Positions 40,071 through 48,926 of a stretch of 55,010 nt of DNA are shown one piece after another. A model generated the notes under the pieces. It saw only the letters and a program-made list of their open reading frames with translations. It did no database searches and was not told the DNA's origin. The stretch's first letter is position 1. Every line of letters starts with the position of its first letter. The stretch covers positions 1 to 55,010 of the forward strand of contig DAINBD010000001.1 in NCBI GenBank assembly GCA_036733105.1. The letters run 5' to 3'. Position numbers and translations under genes: made by a program. Origin of the DNA: Candidatus Brevefilum sp. (GTDB taxonomy: Bacteria > Chloroflexota > Anaerolineae > Anaerolineales > Anaerolineaceae).

Positions 40071-41096
40071 ATGTCTCTCCCCAGTGTAAGAATTCTTGGT
40101 ATTGAAACATCTTGTGATGAAACTGCAGCGGCTGTGGTCAGTGATGGTCGGGTGATCCATTCCAGTGTGGTCGCCAGTCAGATGGAATTGCATGCCCAAT
40201 ACGGTGGTGTATTTCCCGAGCTGGCTTCACGCGAACACGTCAAAGCCATTTACCCCACCGTGGAACAGGCTTTGATCCAAGCCCATCTCAGCATCCAGGA
40301 CATCGATGGAATCGCCGTCACGCAGGGACCCGGGCTGGCAGGCTCACTGGTGGTCGGAGTCAGCACTGCCAAAGCCCTGGCATTGGCAACTGGAAAGCCC
40401 TTGATCGGGTTGAACCATCTGGAGGGGCATATCTACTCATCCTGGCTCTACCAGGCGAATGAATCGCCCCATGAACCTCCCCGCTTTCCACTGATTGCCT
40501 TGCTGGTTTCAGGTGGGCATAGCGAGTTGATCCTGGTCAAAGACCATCTAGATTATCAACGCCTGGGCGGCACCCTCGACGATGCACCGGGTGAAGCCTT
40601 TGACAAAATTGCCCGCCTGCTTGATCTGCCCTACCCCGGTGGTCCGTCAATCCAGAACGCGAGCCTGAATGGCAACTCGAATGCATTTCCTTTCCCTCGT
40701 GCGATGCTTGAAGGCACCTGGGACTTTTCGTTTAGCGGCGTCAAAACAGCTGTTTTACGGGCGGTTGAGTCCCTACAATCCCAGGCAAGACCGCTGCCCA
40801 TCGCTGATCTTGCTGCCAGTTTTCAGGCAGCCATTGTGGATGTGCTGGTTGAAAAAACCCTGGTGGCTGCTGAAGCCTTTGAAGTTCGTGAGATTATCGT
40901 TGCGGGCGGTGTTTCTGCAAACAAACGCCTCAGAGAGAAAATCCTGTCAGAAAGTAAAAGACCTGTCCACATCCCACCCCTCTACCTGTGCACCGATAAC
41001 GCAGCGATGATCGCCGGCGCGGGTTATTTCCATTTTGCCAAAGATGATTTCAGCCCCCTGGATTTTGATGTCATGCCAACCTGGTTCCTTTCATAA
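40071..41096 (+). CDS. tsaD: tRNA N6-threonylcarbamoyladenosine transferase subunit TsaD
   Basis: GIETSCDET, GPGL, HLEGH, SGGH, DDAPGEAFDK, FSFSG, GGVSAN and CTDNAAMI. Confidence 0.97.
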   Translation: MSLPSVRILGIETSCDETAAAVVSDGRVIHSSVVASQMELHAQYGGVFPELASREHVKAIYPTVEQALIQAHLSIQDIDGIAVTQGPGLAGSLVVGVSTAKALALATGKPLIGLNHLEGHIYSSWLYQANESPHEPPRFPLIALLVSGGHSELILVKDHLDYQRLGGTLDDAPGEAFDKIARLLDLPYPGGPSIQNASLNGNSNAFPFPRAMLEGTWDFSFSGVKTAVLRAVESLQSQARPLPIADLAASFQAAIVDVLVEKTLVAAEAFEVREIIVAGGVSANKRLREKILSESKRPVHIPPLYLCTDNAAMIAGAGYFHFAKDDFSPLDFDVMPTWFLS

Positions 41097-41139
41097 GGAT
41101 GCCTGTTTTATGTAACCAAACTTGGCTTAAATTCATCCA

Positions 41140-41745
41140 ATGAGTGAAACAATATTATACGAAGCTATTGATCTCGAAGCTCTCCGACATAAGGATAAAC
41201 ACGCCTTTGTCCGGCTTGTTGATCAATACTCGGATCGAATCTACCGGGTTGGGCTGAAAATGCTTGGCACTGAACAGGATGCAGAGGATGTTCTCCAGGA
41301 AACCTTTATTAAAGCACTCAACAACATTGAAAAATTTGAAGGACGGTCAAAGTTATCAACCTGGCTCTATCGAATTGCCGTCAATGAATCGCTGATGCTG
41401 ATCCGGAAACGAAAGGATACGCACATATCGCTTGATACAGACGTCGAAACGGATCAGAATGATCTCCTCCCCAGGCAAATCACGGATTGGTGCTGCTTAC
41501 CAGAAAAAGAGTTGGTCAACAGCGAAACCCGTCAGCATATCAGGACAGCGATCGATGAACTTTCCATCGCAAACCGGGCTGTCTTTTTGCTGAGGGATGT
41601 GGAAGGTCTTTCGACCAAGGAAACAGCGGAGGTTTTGGACATCAGTAAGTCTGCGGTCAAAGTGCGGCTGATGCGAGCCCGGATGCAATTACGAGAGGAT
41701 TTAACAGGTTTTTTTGCGCCAAGAATCCCGAAAGAGCAGCTATGA
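41140..41745 (+). CDS. ECF RNA polymerase sigma factor
   Basis: DAEDVLQETF and STWLYRIAVN (sigma2); VFLLRDVEGLS and VKVRLMRAR (sigma4). Confidence 0.93.
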   Translation: MSETILYEAIDLEALRHKDKHAFVRLVDQYSDRIYRVGLKMLGTEQDAEDVLQETFIKALNNIEKFEGRSKLSTWLYRIAVNESLMLIRKRKDTHISLDTDVETDQNDLLPRQITDWCCLPEKELVNSETRQHIRTAIDELSIANRAVFLLRDVEGLSTKETAEVLDISKSAVKVRLMRARMQLREDLTGFFAPRIPKEQL

Positions 41746-41996
41746 ACCACGCACATCATTTGAATTGTAAAGACATTCTCGCAAACATGAATGATTATAT
41801 TGATGGCGAATTGGAACAGTCCGTTTGTGAGGAAATTGAAGCACATGTAATGGACTGTCCAAACTGTACAATTGTTTTGAGTACCCTCAAAAAAACCATT
41901 CATATCTACCAGGTGGACGGACAAGAAACCCAAGTCCCTGATGATGTTCGTCAACGCCTGTTTAAAAATCTCAACCTGGACCAAACTGGAAAATAA
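41742..41996 (+). CDS. Soluble zinc-binding (ZAS/zf-HC2) anti-sigma factor
   Basis: YIDGEL and HVMDCPNC (Hx3Cx2C); ATGA overlap with the sigma gene; no TM segment. Confidence 0.9.
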   Translation: MNHAHHLNCKDILANMNDYIDGELEQSVCEEIEAHVMDCPNCTIVLSTLKKTIHIYQVDGQETQVPDDVRQRLFKNLNLDQTGK

Positions 41997-41997
41997 G

Positions 41998-42204
41998 GTG
42001 AGTGCTGAACCACAAGAGACCAACCCTGATATCCGGCAAGGAAAAGCAGTCCAAGAAAATGCCGTATGCATCTTAATCCCGCCCCAAAGCCTCCGATTTG
42101 GGATGATCTGCCCCCGCTGCCATGCTGCAAAAATTGATTATGACGGCATGCTCAACCTTGTGTGTCCCAACTGCAGATTAACGGAAGCGGGTTCATGCAC
42201 ATGA
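41998..42204 (+). CDS. Small Cys-rich zinc-ribbon-like protein
   Basis: GTG 1 nt after the anti-sigma stop; CPRC-x14-CPNC; C-terminal GSCT. Confidence 0.7.
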   Translation: MSAEPQETNPDIRQGKAVQENAVCILIPPQSLRFGMICPRCHAAKIDYDGMLNLVCPNCRLTEAGSCT

Positions 42205-42252
42205 TAACACAACCCATTCCTCCGGCGGAGGAAAGAAAGGTAAACAATAATA

Positions 42253-42672
42253 ATGAAAAGTAAAGTCGTTTGGAAGGGTGGATTATCCTTCACGGGTTCA
42301 TCGGATGATGGATTTTTAGTTCCCTTAGATACCAACAAAGCCCTTGGTGGACACGAGGTGGGATTCAAGCCGCTCCAATTAATTGCGATTGGGCTGGTCG
42401 GATGCACCGGGATGGATGTGATTTCCATATTACTCAAGAAACGTCAGGAAGTAACAGATTTTGAAGTCGAAGCCCGGATTGAAAGGGCAGAAAGCCACCC
42501 GAAAGTCTTCGAAAAGATCGTTCTCACCTACACAGTGACAGGTAAGAATATTGATGCAGATGCTGTAAGCCGGGCTGTGGAGCTTTCTGAGACCAAGTAC
42601 TGCCCCGCACAGGCGATGCTTGAAAAAAGTGCTGAGATCTCCCACGAGATTGTCATCAATAATATTGAGTGA
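42253..42672 (+). CDS. OsmC/YhfA family protein
   Basis: GFKP, GCTGMDV and KYCP, the two conserved Cys of the OsmC superfamily. Confidence 0.9.
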   Translation: MKSKVVWKGGLSFTGSSDDGFLVPLDTNKALGGHEVGFKPLQLIAIGLVGCTGMDVISILLKKRQEVTDFEVEARIERAESHPKVFEKIVLTYTVTGKNIDADAVSRAVELSETKYCPAQAMLEKSAEISHEIVINNIE

Positions 42673-42864
42673 TTTGCTTAATCAAAATGACTCGGTTGGT
42701 AAGAATGTATTGTCTTATTTCGACAAAATCCTTCCATAGACGAGTGGATCTTGAGTTATGAACACAAAACCTGCTGGTTAGATTAGCAGAGCACATCTTC
42801 AAAATTCAATTGTATTGCTATACGAAAGAATTGGCAGGTGTGTTTATATTTTTAATCCAAACAA

Positions 42865-44187
42865 TCAAGCTTCATCGTGGTCTGGGATCAAGCTTTCCAC
42901 AAAACGAACATGATCGTTTTGATATGCGATCAGGCTGACCACGACGATTAACATCCCGCAGATAAAGATCAACATGGACATGCCTGCACCAGCCCCCGTC
43001 CCAAATATCGCACCAAAGAATGGCGCCAGCCTCCCATCCGATGTGGCTAACCCGGGCTCAAACACCCTATCAGCCAGCGGACCGGCAATCGCCATGGATA
43101 TCGGGGACGTAATTTGGGCGACAAATCGCCGCACTGAAAAAACCCGCCCCTGCACCTCCGGCACAACTTTAGACTGCCAGATGGCTTGATTGGAGCCGTT
43201 GATCAGAGAACTGACAAACATGATCGAAAAGTTTCCAAGCACCCAGTATGGAACTGCCCGGCCTAACCCGATCACACCCAACCCCAGCAAACCGCTGATG
43301 AGCCAACCAAGCAAGACGCCATAGATCTTCTTTTTGGGTCCGCCCCATGCCGTCAGAAAAAAGCCGCCGACAAGCCCACCCAGTGCACCTGCAGACTGCA
43401 CAGTTCCAAGGACCGTCGAGTCGCTTCCGGTAGATGCAAGAATCATCGGTGTGAATAAAGTAAACGCGACCGAAAAGAAGAAATTCCCGAAAAAGAATAC
43501 AAGTTGTAAATAGAGCAGGCTTTTTCGATCAAGGATATATTGAAATCCATAAGCCAATTCCCGGAAGAAATGACCAGAAACCTTCTCCACGACCTTACGG
43601 ACAGGTTCGGGGATAAACACAACCATCAAAAATGTCAGGGCGATCACCAGTGTGACAAGGTCGATGGCGATGATGCCTTTGACGCCAATCAGCGGAAGCA
43701 ATATACCTGCTAGGATCGGCGCCAGGATCCCAACACCGGATTCCGCCATGGAAATCATTCCGCTGGTTCGTGCGTAATGCCTTTTGGGGACAAGCAATGT
43801 GATCGCTGCGGAATAAGCCGGCCATTGAAAAGCTCCAAAAATTCCGCCAATAACACCGGTGATATACAGGTGCCAGATTTCTAATTTGCCAGACAGCATC
43901 AAGATAAATATTGTCAGGGTCACGATGCCTGCCCCGATATCACTCAATGCCATCACCAGCTTACGGTTCCACCGGTCCACCAGAACACCGGCAAAGGGCG
44001 AAAAAACGATCAGCGGTGCAAACGAGAAAAGCCCAACAAGAGCTAAGGGCGTGGCCTGGTTGGTCTTTTCCCATGCCCAAATGCTCATCGCAAAATGGGT
44101 CATCTGGGAACCGATCATTGAAAAGACCTGCCCCACCCAAATGAAAATAAATCCGCGCAATCCTGAGAGTTTTAGATCTGTGTTCAT
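42865..44187 (-). CDS. MFS transporter (DHA3/MefA-like), paralog of 24776-26155
   Basis: WVGQVFSMIGS, DRWNRK, FQWPAYSA, WGGPKK and QGRVFS. Confidence 0.88.
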   Translation of the reverse strand: MNTDLKLSGLRGFIFIWVGQVFSMIGSQMTHFAMSIWAWEKTNQATPLALVGLFSFAPLIVFSPFAGVLVDRWNRKLVMALSDIGAGIVTLTIFILMLSGKLEIWHLYITGVIGGIFGAFQWPAYSAAITLLVPKRHYARTSGMISMAESGVGILAPILAGILLPLIGVKGIIAIDLVTLVIALTFLMVVFIPEPVRKVVEKVSGHFFRELAYGFQYILDRKSLLYLQLVFFFGNFFFSVAFTLFTPMILASTGSDSTVLGTVQSAGALGGLVGGFFLTAWGGPKKKIYGVLLGWLISGLLGLGVIGLGRAVPYWVLGNFSIMFVSSLINGSNQAIWQSKVVPEVQGRVFSVRRFVAQITSPISMAIAGPLADRVFEPGLATSDGRLAPFFGAIFGTGAGAGMSMLIFICGMLIVVVSLIAYQNDHVRFVESLIPDHDEA

Positions 44188-44327
44188 ACATCCTCACAAT
44201 CGGATTAAAAACCAGAGAAAAGTGCTAAATGCCTGTACGATATACTTTCCAGGATGATAAAGAGCTTTTCACATTCAATCTGGATTTCTGGTAAAATCGA
44301 CAAATAGAAACAATTTTTGGATGACCT

Positions 44328-45827
44328 ATGAAAACATTGCGGTTCAACGCTCTTTTTCTCATTCTGTTAACCATAAGCTTGCTCATGGGATGTTCCCCAG
44401 GCAATCCTCCAGTTCCAACTGCAACCCATACCCCAACGATTGAAAACAGCAGTACGCCGACAGAAAGTCCTTCGCCAACGGCTTCGCCAACACCGACTCC
44501 AACACCGCTGCCGCTAAATGGACAGCAAACACAATATATTATCGATGCGACGATAGATTATTATAATCGTTTTGTGACTGTGGAAATTCAATCGACCTAT
44601 ACGAACAAAACAAATGTGCCTATCGACAACATCATATTTGTCGTCTATCCAACAATCTTCCAGGCTATTTACACCCGTTCAGTCACCATGAGCGATGGTG
44701 TCCCGGTCGAGAACTTCGAATGGTTAGGCCATCTGATGATCATTCAGCTTGAACAGCCGCTGCAACCCGGTGAGAAAATTAAATTTACCCATGAATTTGA
44801 ACTGTATATGCCGGATCGCGGCGGCGTCTTCAGCCATTCCGGAAAGCAGCTCAACCTTTCCTACTGGTTCCCATTTATTCCCCCCTATGACGAAAAAGAG
44901 GGCTGGCTTGCCCACGATCCCCAACTGGTCAACAGCAGTTTTGTGGGCGAATTCCTTGTATTCGAAGCTGCAGATTATGATGTGACGATAACCTTTACGG
45001 ACCGGCGAGAGAATTTTATGATCGCTGCGCCTGCGTCGCCTCAGGAAAAAGAAGGGGGGATCAACTATCAATTGAGCCTTGCCAGAACCTTCACCCTTTC
45101 CATCAGCGACCAATTCGTACTTTACGAAAGACAGGTCAATGACACCACGATCCAATCTTTCGCATTAAAGGAGCACGACCGGGTTGGGGATGTCGTGGCA
45201 GATGTGGCTGTAGAAGCTTTCACGCTCTACTCAGAATTATATGGTCCCTACGATCGAGAGCTTTTGACAATTGTTGAATTCAATTCCGACATCGGAATGG
45301 AATTTGACGGGCTCATTTTCCTGAGTCCCTATTTTTACAATCTTTACCCCGGCACCCCTCAATCCAACATCCACGTGTACACTGCGCATGAGATCGCCCA
45401 TCAATGGTTTTTCAGCCAGGTGGGCAATGACCAGGCGATGGAGCCCTGGTTAGATGAAGCCTTTGCTACTTTTTCAGAAAGAATTTTTTACGAAACCTAC
45501 TACCCGGAACACCTTGATTGGTACTGGGAAAACTACATTACGATGCATAACCCGCATGGAGATATTGATATCAACATTTATTTTGGCGGTGACATCTTCG
45601 AATATCGGGATATTATCTATCGAAACGGTGCACTTTTCCTCCACGATTTGCGCGACTCACTTGGCGACGAGGCTTTCTTCGGTTTCATTCAGGATTATAT
45701 TCGTACCTATCGTTACGAAATTGCCACAACAAAAGACTTCTTCAATCTTCTACTTAATGCTACGGATGCCGATCTGAATCCCATATTTGAGGAATATTTC
45801 TCTGTCATACCAGAAATCACACCCTGA
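44328..45827 (+). CDS. M1-family (gluzincin) metallopeptidase lipoprotein
   Basis: Lipobox LMGC, Pro/Thr linker, GMEF, HEIAH-x18-E (WLDE) and IYRNGA. Confidence 0.88.
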   Translation: MKTLRFNALFLILLTISLLMGCSPGNPPVPTATHTPTIENSSTPTESPSPTASPTPTPTPLPLNGQQTQYIIDATIDYYNRFVTVEIQSTYTNKTNVPIDNIIFVVYPTIFQAIYTRSVTMSDGVPVENFEWLGHLMIIQLEQPLQPGEKIKFTHEFELYMPDRGGVFSHSGKQLNLSYWFPFIPPYDEKEGWLAHDPQLVNSSFVGEFLVFEAADYDVTITFTDRRENFMIAAPASPQEKEGGINYQLSLARTFTLSISDQFVLYERQVNDTTIQSFALKEHDRVGDVVADVAVEAFTLYSELYGPYDRELLTIVEFNSDIGMEFDGLIFLSPYFYNLYPGTPQSNIHVYTAHEIAHQWFFSQVGNDQAMEPWLDEAFATFSERIFYETYYPEHLDWYWENYITMHNPHGDIDINIYFGGDIFEYRDIIYRNGALFLHDLRDSLGDEAFFGFIQDYIRTYRYEIATTKDFFNLLLNATDADLNPIFEEYFSVIPEITP

Positions 45828-45983
45828 GCCGATCCAACCTGCGCATCCTGTCCCTGGAATCCGATCACGGAGCCAGATTTGCCACCTTTTTCAGGATAGA
45901 GTATTAATTAACCAGATTAACCACGCTTAACTTGCTTCTTGACACCGTTGATGACTGTGTTAAGTTGCTTTTGGTACAAAATT

Positions 45984-47183
45984 ATGGAAAATAAAAATAA
46001 TTCCGACCTAATCGTAACAACAAGCCTCACGCCTGAAGGTGATCATCAGGCAGATGAAGATTTGGTTTCACAACAAGCCGATTTTAAAGCCGGTTCAAAA
46101 ACAGGTTTCTTTGCCAATCCGAATTTCCTAAAAATCGGCTCTTACATTCTCACTTTTATCGTGGTTGTCCTTGCGGTATGGGGAATTGGATCTCTGATCG
46201 TCAATTCATCAGAGGCATCTCCTGAGGTAACGCCAACATCCACTTACAAAGTTACTGAGTTATCGAATCAGGTGCCAACCCCGATTTTTTCTTCAAATAT
46301 CCCGGCAAGCGGTGTTGTCCGAATCTCTGAAATTGAGAATATTACGCCAAGAAAAGTTGAAAATCGTCAAGAAATTACATCTTATCAAGTCCAATCTGGG
46401 GATACCATTTTTGGAATTGCTGAGAAATTCGGATTGACACCTGAGACTGTCTTGTGGTCCAATCGTTACATCATTGGGGACACTCCTGATGGGTTGGTGC
46501 CCGGCATCGAACTGGTTATCCTGCCTGAAAATGGCGTCTATCATATGTGGTCCGAAGGTGAAGGGTTAAATGGTGTTGCCGAATTTTATGGTGTGGACCC
46601 GGATGTGATCGTCAATTACCCTCTGAACGGTTTAAATCCAAATACGATTGGCAATTATGCCAACCCCAAAATCGAACCAGGGAAAATGCTGGTCGTTCCA
46701 AGCGGAACCCGACCAACTGTAGCCTGGGTTGTCGCCCGAGATGAAGCGGCATCGGGCAGCTCTTACCTTGGTCCTGGCGCTTGCGGCGGCATCATCTACG
46801 GCAATGTCGGCACTGGCACCTTCACCTGGCCGACAACAGCGACCTGGCTTTCAGGTTATGATTACACACCCCCAGTCCACAACGGTTTGGATTTCGATGG
46901 CGATTTTGGCAGCCCAATTTATGCTTCGGATACCGGCGTGATCGTCTATTCGGGATGGTCTGACCGTGGTTACGGCAACCTGATTGTGGTGGATCACGAT
47001 GATGGCTGGCAAACATTCTATGCGCATTTGCTGGATGGCACCATGCTCGCATGTGGATCAAACGTCCAGAAAGGACAGTTGATCGCCTCCATGGGTAGCA
47101 CTGGTAATTCATCAGGCCCTCACCTGCACTTTGAGCTGCGCCTGGGGGGACACCCGATGAACCCCTGGCAGTTTCTTAATTAG
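45984..47183 (+). CDS. Membrane-anchored LysM-domain M23B peptidase
   Basis: N-terminal TM helix, LysM (YQVQSGDTIFGIAEKFG) plus a second degenerate LysM, HNGLD, YAH and GPHLHFE. Confidence 0.9.
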   Translation: MENKNNSDLIVTTSLTPEGDHQADEDLVSQQADFKAGSKTGFFANPNFLKIGSYILTFIVVVLAVWGIGSLIVNSSEASPEVTPTSTYKVTELSNQVPTPIFSSNIPASGVVRISEIENITPRKVENRQEITSYQVQSGDTIFGIAEKFGLTPETVLWSNRYIIGDTPDGLVPGIELVILPENGVYHMWSEGEGLNGVAEFYGVDPDVIVNYPLNGLNPNTIGNYANPKIEPGKMLVVPSGTRPTVAWVVARDEAASGSSYLGPGACGGIIYGNVGTGTFTWPTTATWLSGYDYTPPVHNGLDFDGDFGSPIYASDTGVIVYSGWSDRGYGNLIVVDHDDGWQTFYAHLLDGTMLACGSNVQKGQLIASMGSTGNSSGPHLHFELRLGGHPMNPWQFLN

Positions 47184-47204
47184 CGAGAAGAATAACCAAA
47201 AATT

Positions 47205-47232
47205 AAATGCAGCCGTACGGCTGCATTTTTTT
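47205..47232. terminator. Bidirectional terminator between convergent M23 genes
   Basis: Perfect palindrome AAATGCAGCCGTACGGCTGCATTT followed by a T tract. Confidence 0.85.
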
Positions 47233-47301
47233 ATCGATAACGAATAAGAAACATGTGTTTAAAATTGAGGGGAACTCTGAAATATACAGCCTATACAAAC
47301 C

Positions 47302-48777
47302 TTATGGTTCAATCACCGTTTCACAGGGGATCATGCTGCGATTGTCAGGATTTGAGTTGGCAATGATTTCCATATCATCTTTAACCAGCCAGCCCTGGTA
47401 AGGTTCCTCACCCCGGACCGGACGCCATCCCGAAAGAACGAAAGGAATCACGCCATCTGCTGTCATCCACTCCCCATTGTATTTTCGGGCAACATGAATA
47501 TGTGTACCTGTCGAACGGCCGCCTTCACAGGAAGGGTGGCCAATCGGTTCACCGGCTTTGACGACCGTCCCAACAGGGATGCGATCCTGTTCGGCTATAT
47601 GCAAATAAAATACAGCCCAACCGGTACGGTCATCGCCATCTCCATCCAGGTCAAGCACGAGAAATCCCTCGCCATCCCGGGCAATGACGCCATCGGATAC
47701 CGCTGTTGACCATTCTGAGGAGACCAAACAGCCTGTAACGGTTGAAGGCGGCGCAAAATCAATCGCTGACCAGGGTGCCATACTACCCCAACCAGTATGC
47801 GGTCCGCCAGTATATGCCCAAACCGTATCCATTTCATAGGGCAGCTGCATTTCAGGTTGGGTCAAAGAGCCAGGGATATGCGGCTCAACAACCCATGGGT
47901 CACCAAAAAGGTTCTGATAAACCCGTGAAAATCCGTCAGGTCCAATGGCAAAATGAAAGGCATCGGCATCCAGTGTCTGAGAAAAGAAATACTGCAAAGA
48001 AACCGTAGCGGCGTTCTGCCAGGGATCCGGGCGGATCAGGGAGCCATCTTTCAAATCGAATTCAAGTAAATCACCCTCTCGCCACCGGTAATAGCCATCA
48101 TTGAGGATGTTGGCAGCATAAGATAATTGAAGATAAACCCCGGTCCAATAGTTTGATTCCAATCCCAAAACATTGGTCTCATCGGACGGTGATAAGAAAA
48201 GATCAGAAAACGCCCCACCCTGATATTCCAACAAAGCCATGAGTATTTTCGGGCTGATTGAATATTGCATCGCAATATAATTTAGGATTTCAGCTGCTGA
48301 ACGAGTCCCTTCAAATGCCCATGCCCGGTAATTCGAAAGCCATCCTAAATGCTGTGAAAGAAAAGCTTGTGAATCGAATTGAGCTGCGTCCGGTCCATTG
48401 ATAAAAACAGCATCCGGAAGCATCTGAAAGGGCGTTCCCCACAGGGCACGATAGTAGATTGGGATTTGAATGGGCATACCCGGGGGCATGGTTGTGGCAT
48501 CTTGGGGAATAAAGGTGTTGGCTTCCCTAATTTCTTCAACACTTGTATTAAACCGGACAGCAAGCACATCCAGGGTATCCCCGGTCTGCGAATTGTATTC
48601 CACCAATTCACCTGGCTCATAAGCCGGCCGGGTAGGATAAGGCGTCATCTCGGGGAGCGAAGATCCCTCTTCCTCTCCCGATGCAGTCGGCAGGATCAGC
48701 GTAGGCTGCACCGTGGGCGAACATGCCGCCAAAAACAGGATCATGATCAAAAGAATGTAGATTTGTTTGCTTTTCAT
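47302..48777 (-). CDS. LysM plus LasA-like M23 peptidase lipoprotein (paralog 3)
   Basis: Lipobox LAAC, LysM (GDTLDVLAVRFN), YSISPKILMALLEYQGG, GGPH...AIDF, FYLH and CEGGRSTGTHIH. Confidence 0.85.
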   Translation of the reverse strand: MKSKQIYILLIMILFLAACSPTVQPTLILPTASGEEEGSSLPEMTPYPTRPAYEPGELVEYNSQTGDTLDVLAVRFNTSVEEIREANTFIPQDATTMPPGMPIQIPIYYRALWGTPFQMLPDAVFINGPDAAQFDSQAFLSQHLGWLSNYRAWAFEGTRSAAEILNYIAMQYSISPKILMALLEYQGGAFSDLFLSPSDETNVLGLESNYWTGVYLQLSYAANILNDGYYRWREGDLLEFDLKDGSLIRPDPWQNAATVSLQYFFSQTLDADAFHFAIGPDGFSRVYQNLFGDPWVVEPHIPGSLTQPEMQLPYEMDTVWAYTGGPHTGWGSMAPWSAIDFAPPSTVTGCLVSSEWSTAVSDGVIARDGEGFLVLDLDGDGDDRTGWAVFYLHIAEQDRIPVGTVVKAGEPIGHPSCEGGRSTGTHIHVARKYNGEWMTADGVIPFVLSGWRPVRGEEPYQGWLVKDDMEIIANSNPDNRSMIPCETVIEP

Positions 48778-48926
48778 AATAAATATGGGATCACCAACCA
48801 GGATATCCCATTATTGTAATTGTAGTGGTAATTTCTATACGTCAATATTACAAGATCAAAGCATACTTTAGCGGATAAAAAATGTCCAGTATGCGGTGAG
48901 TTCGATCTGAAGATTAACCCTAAACC

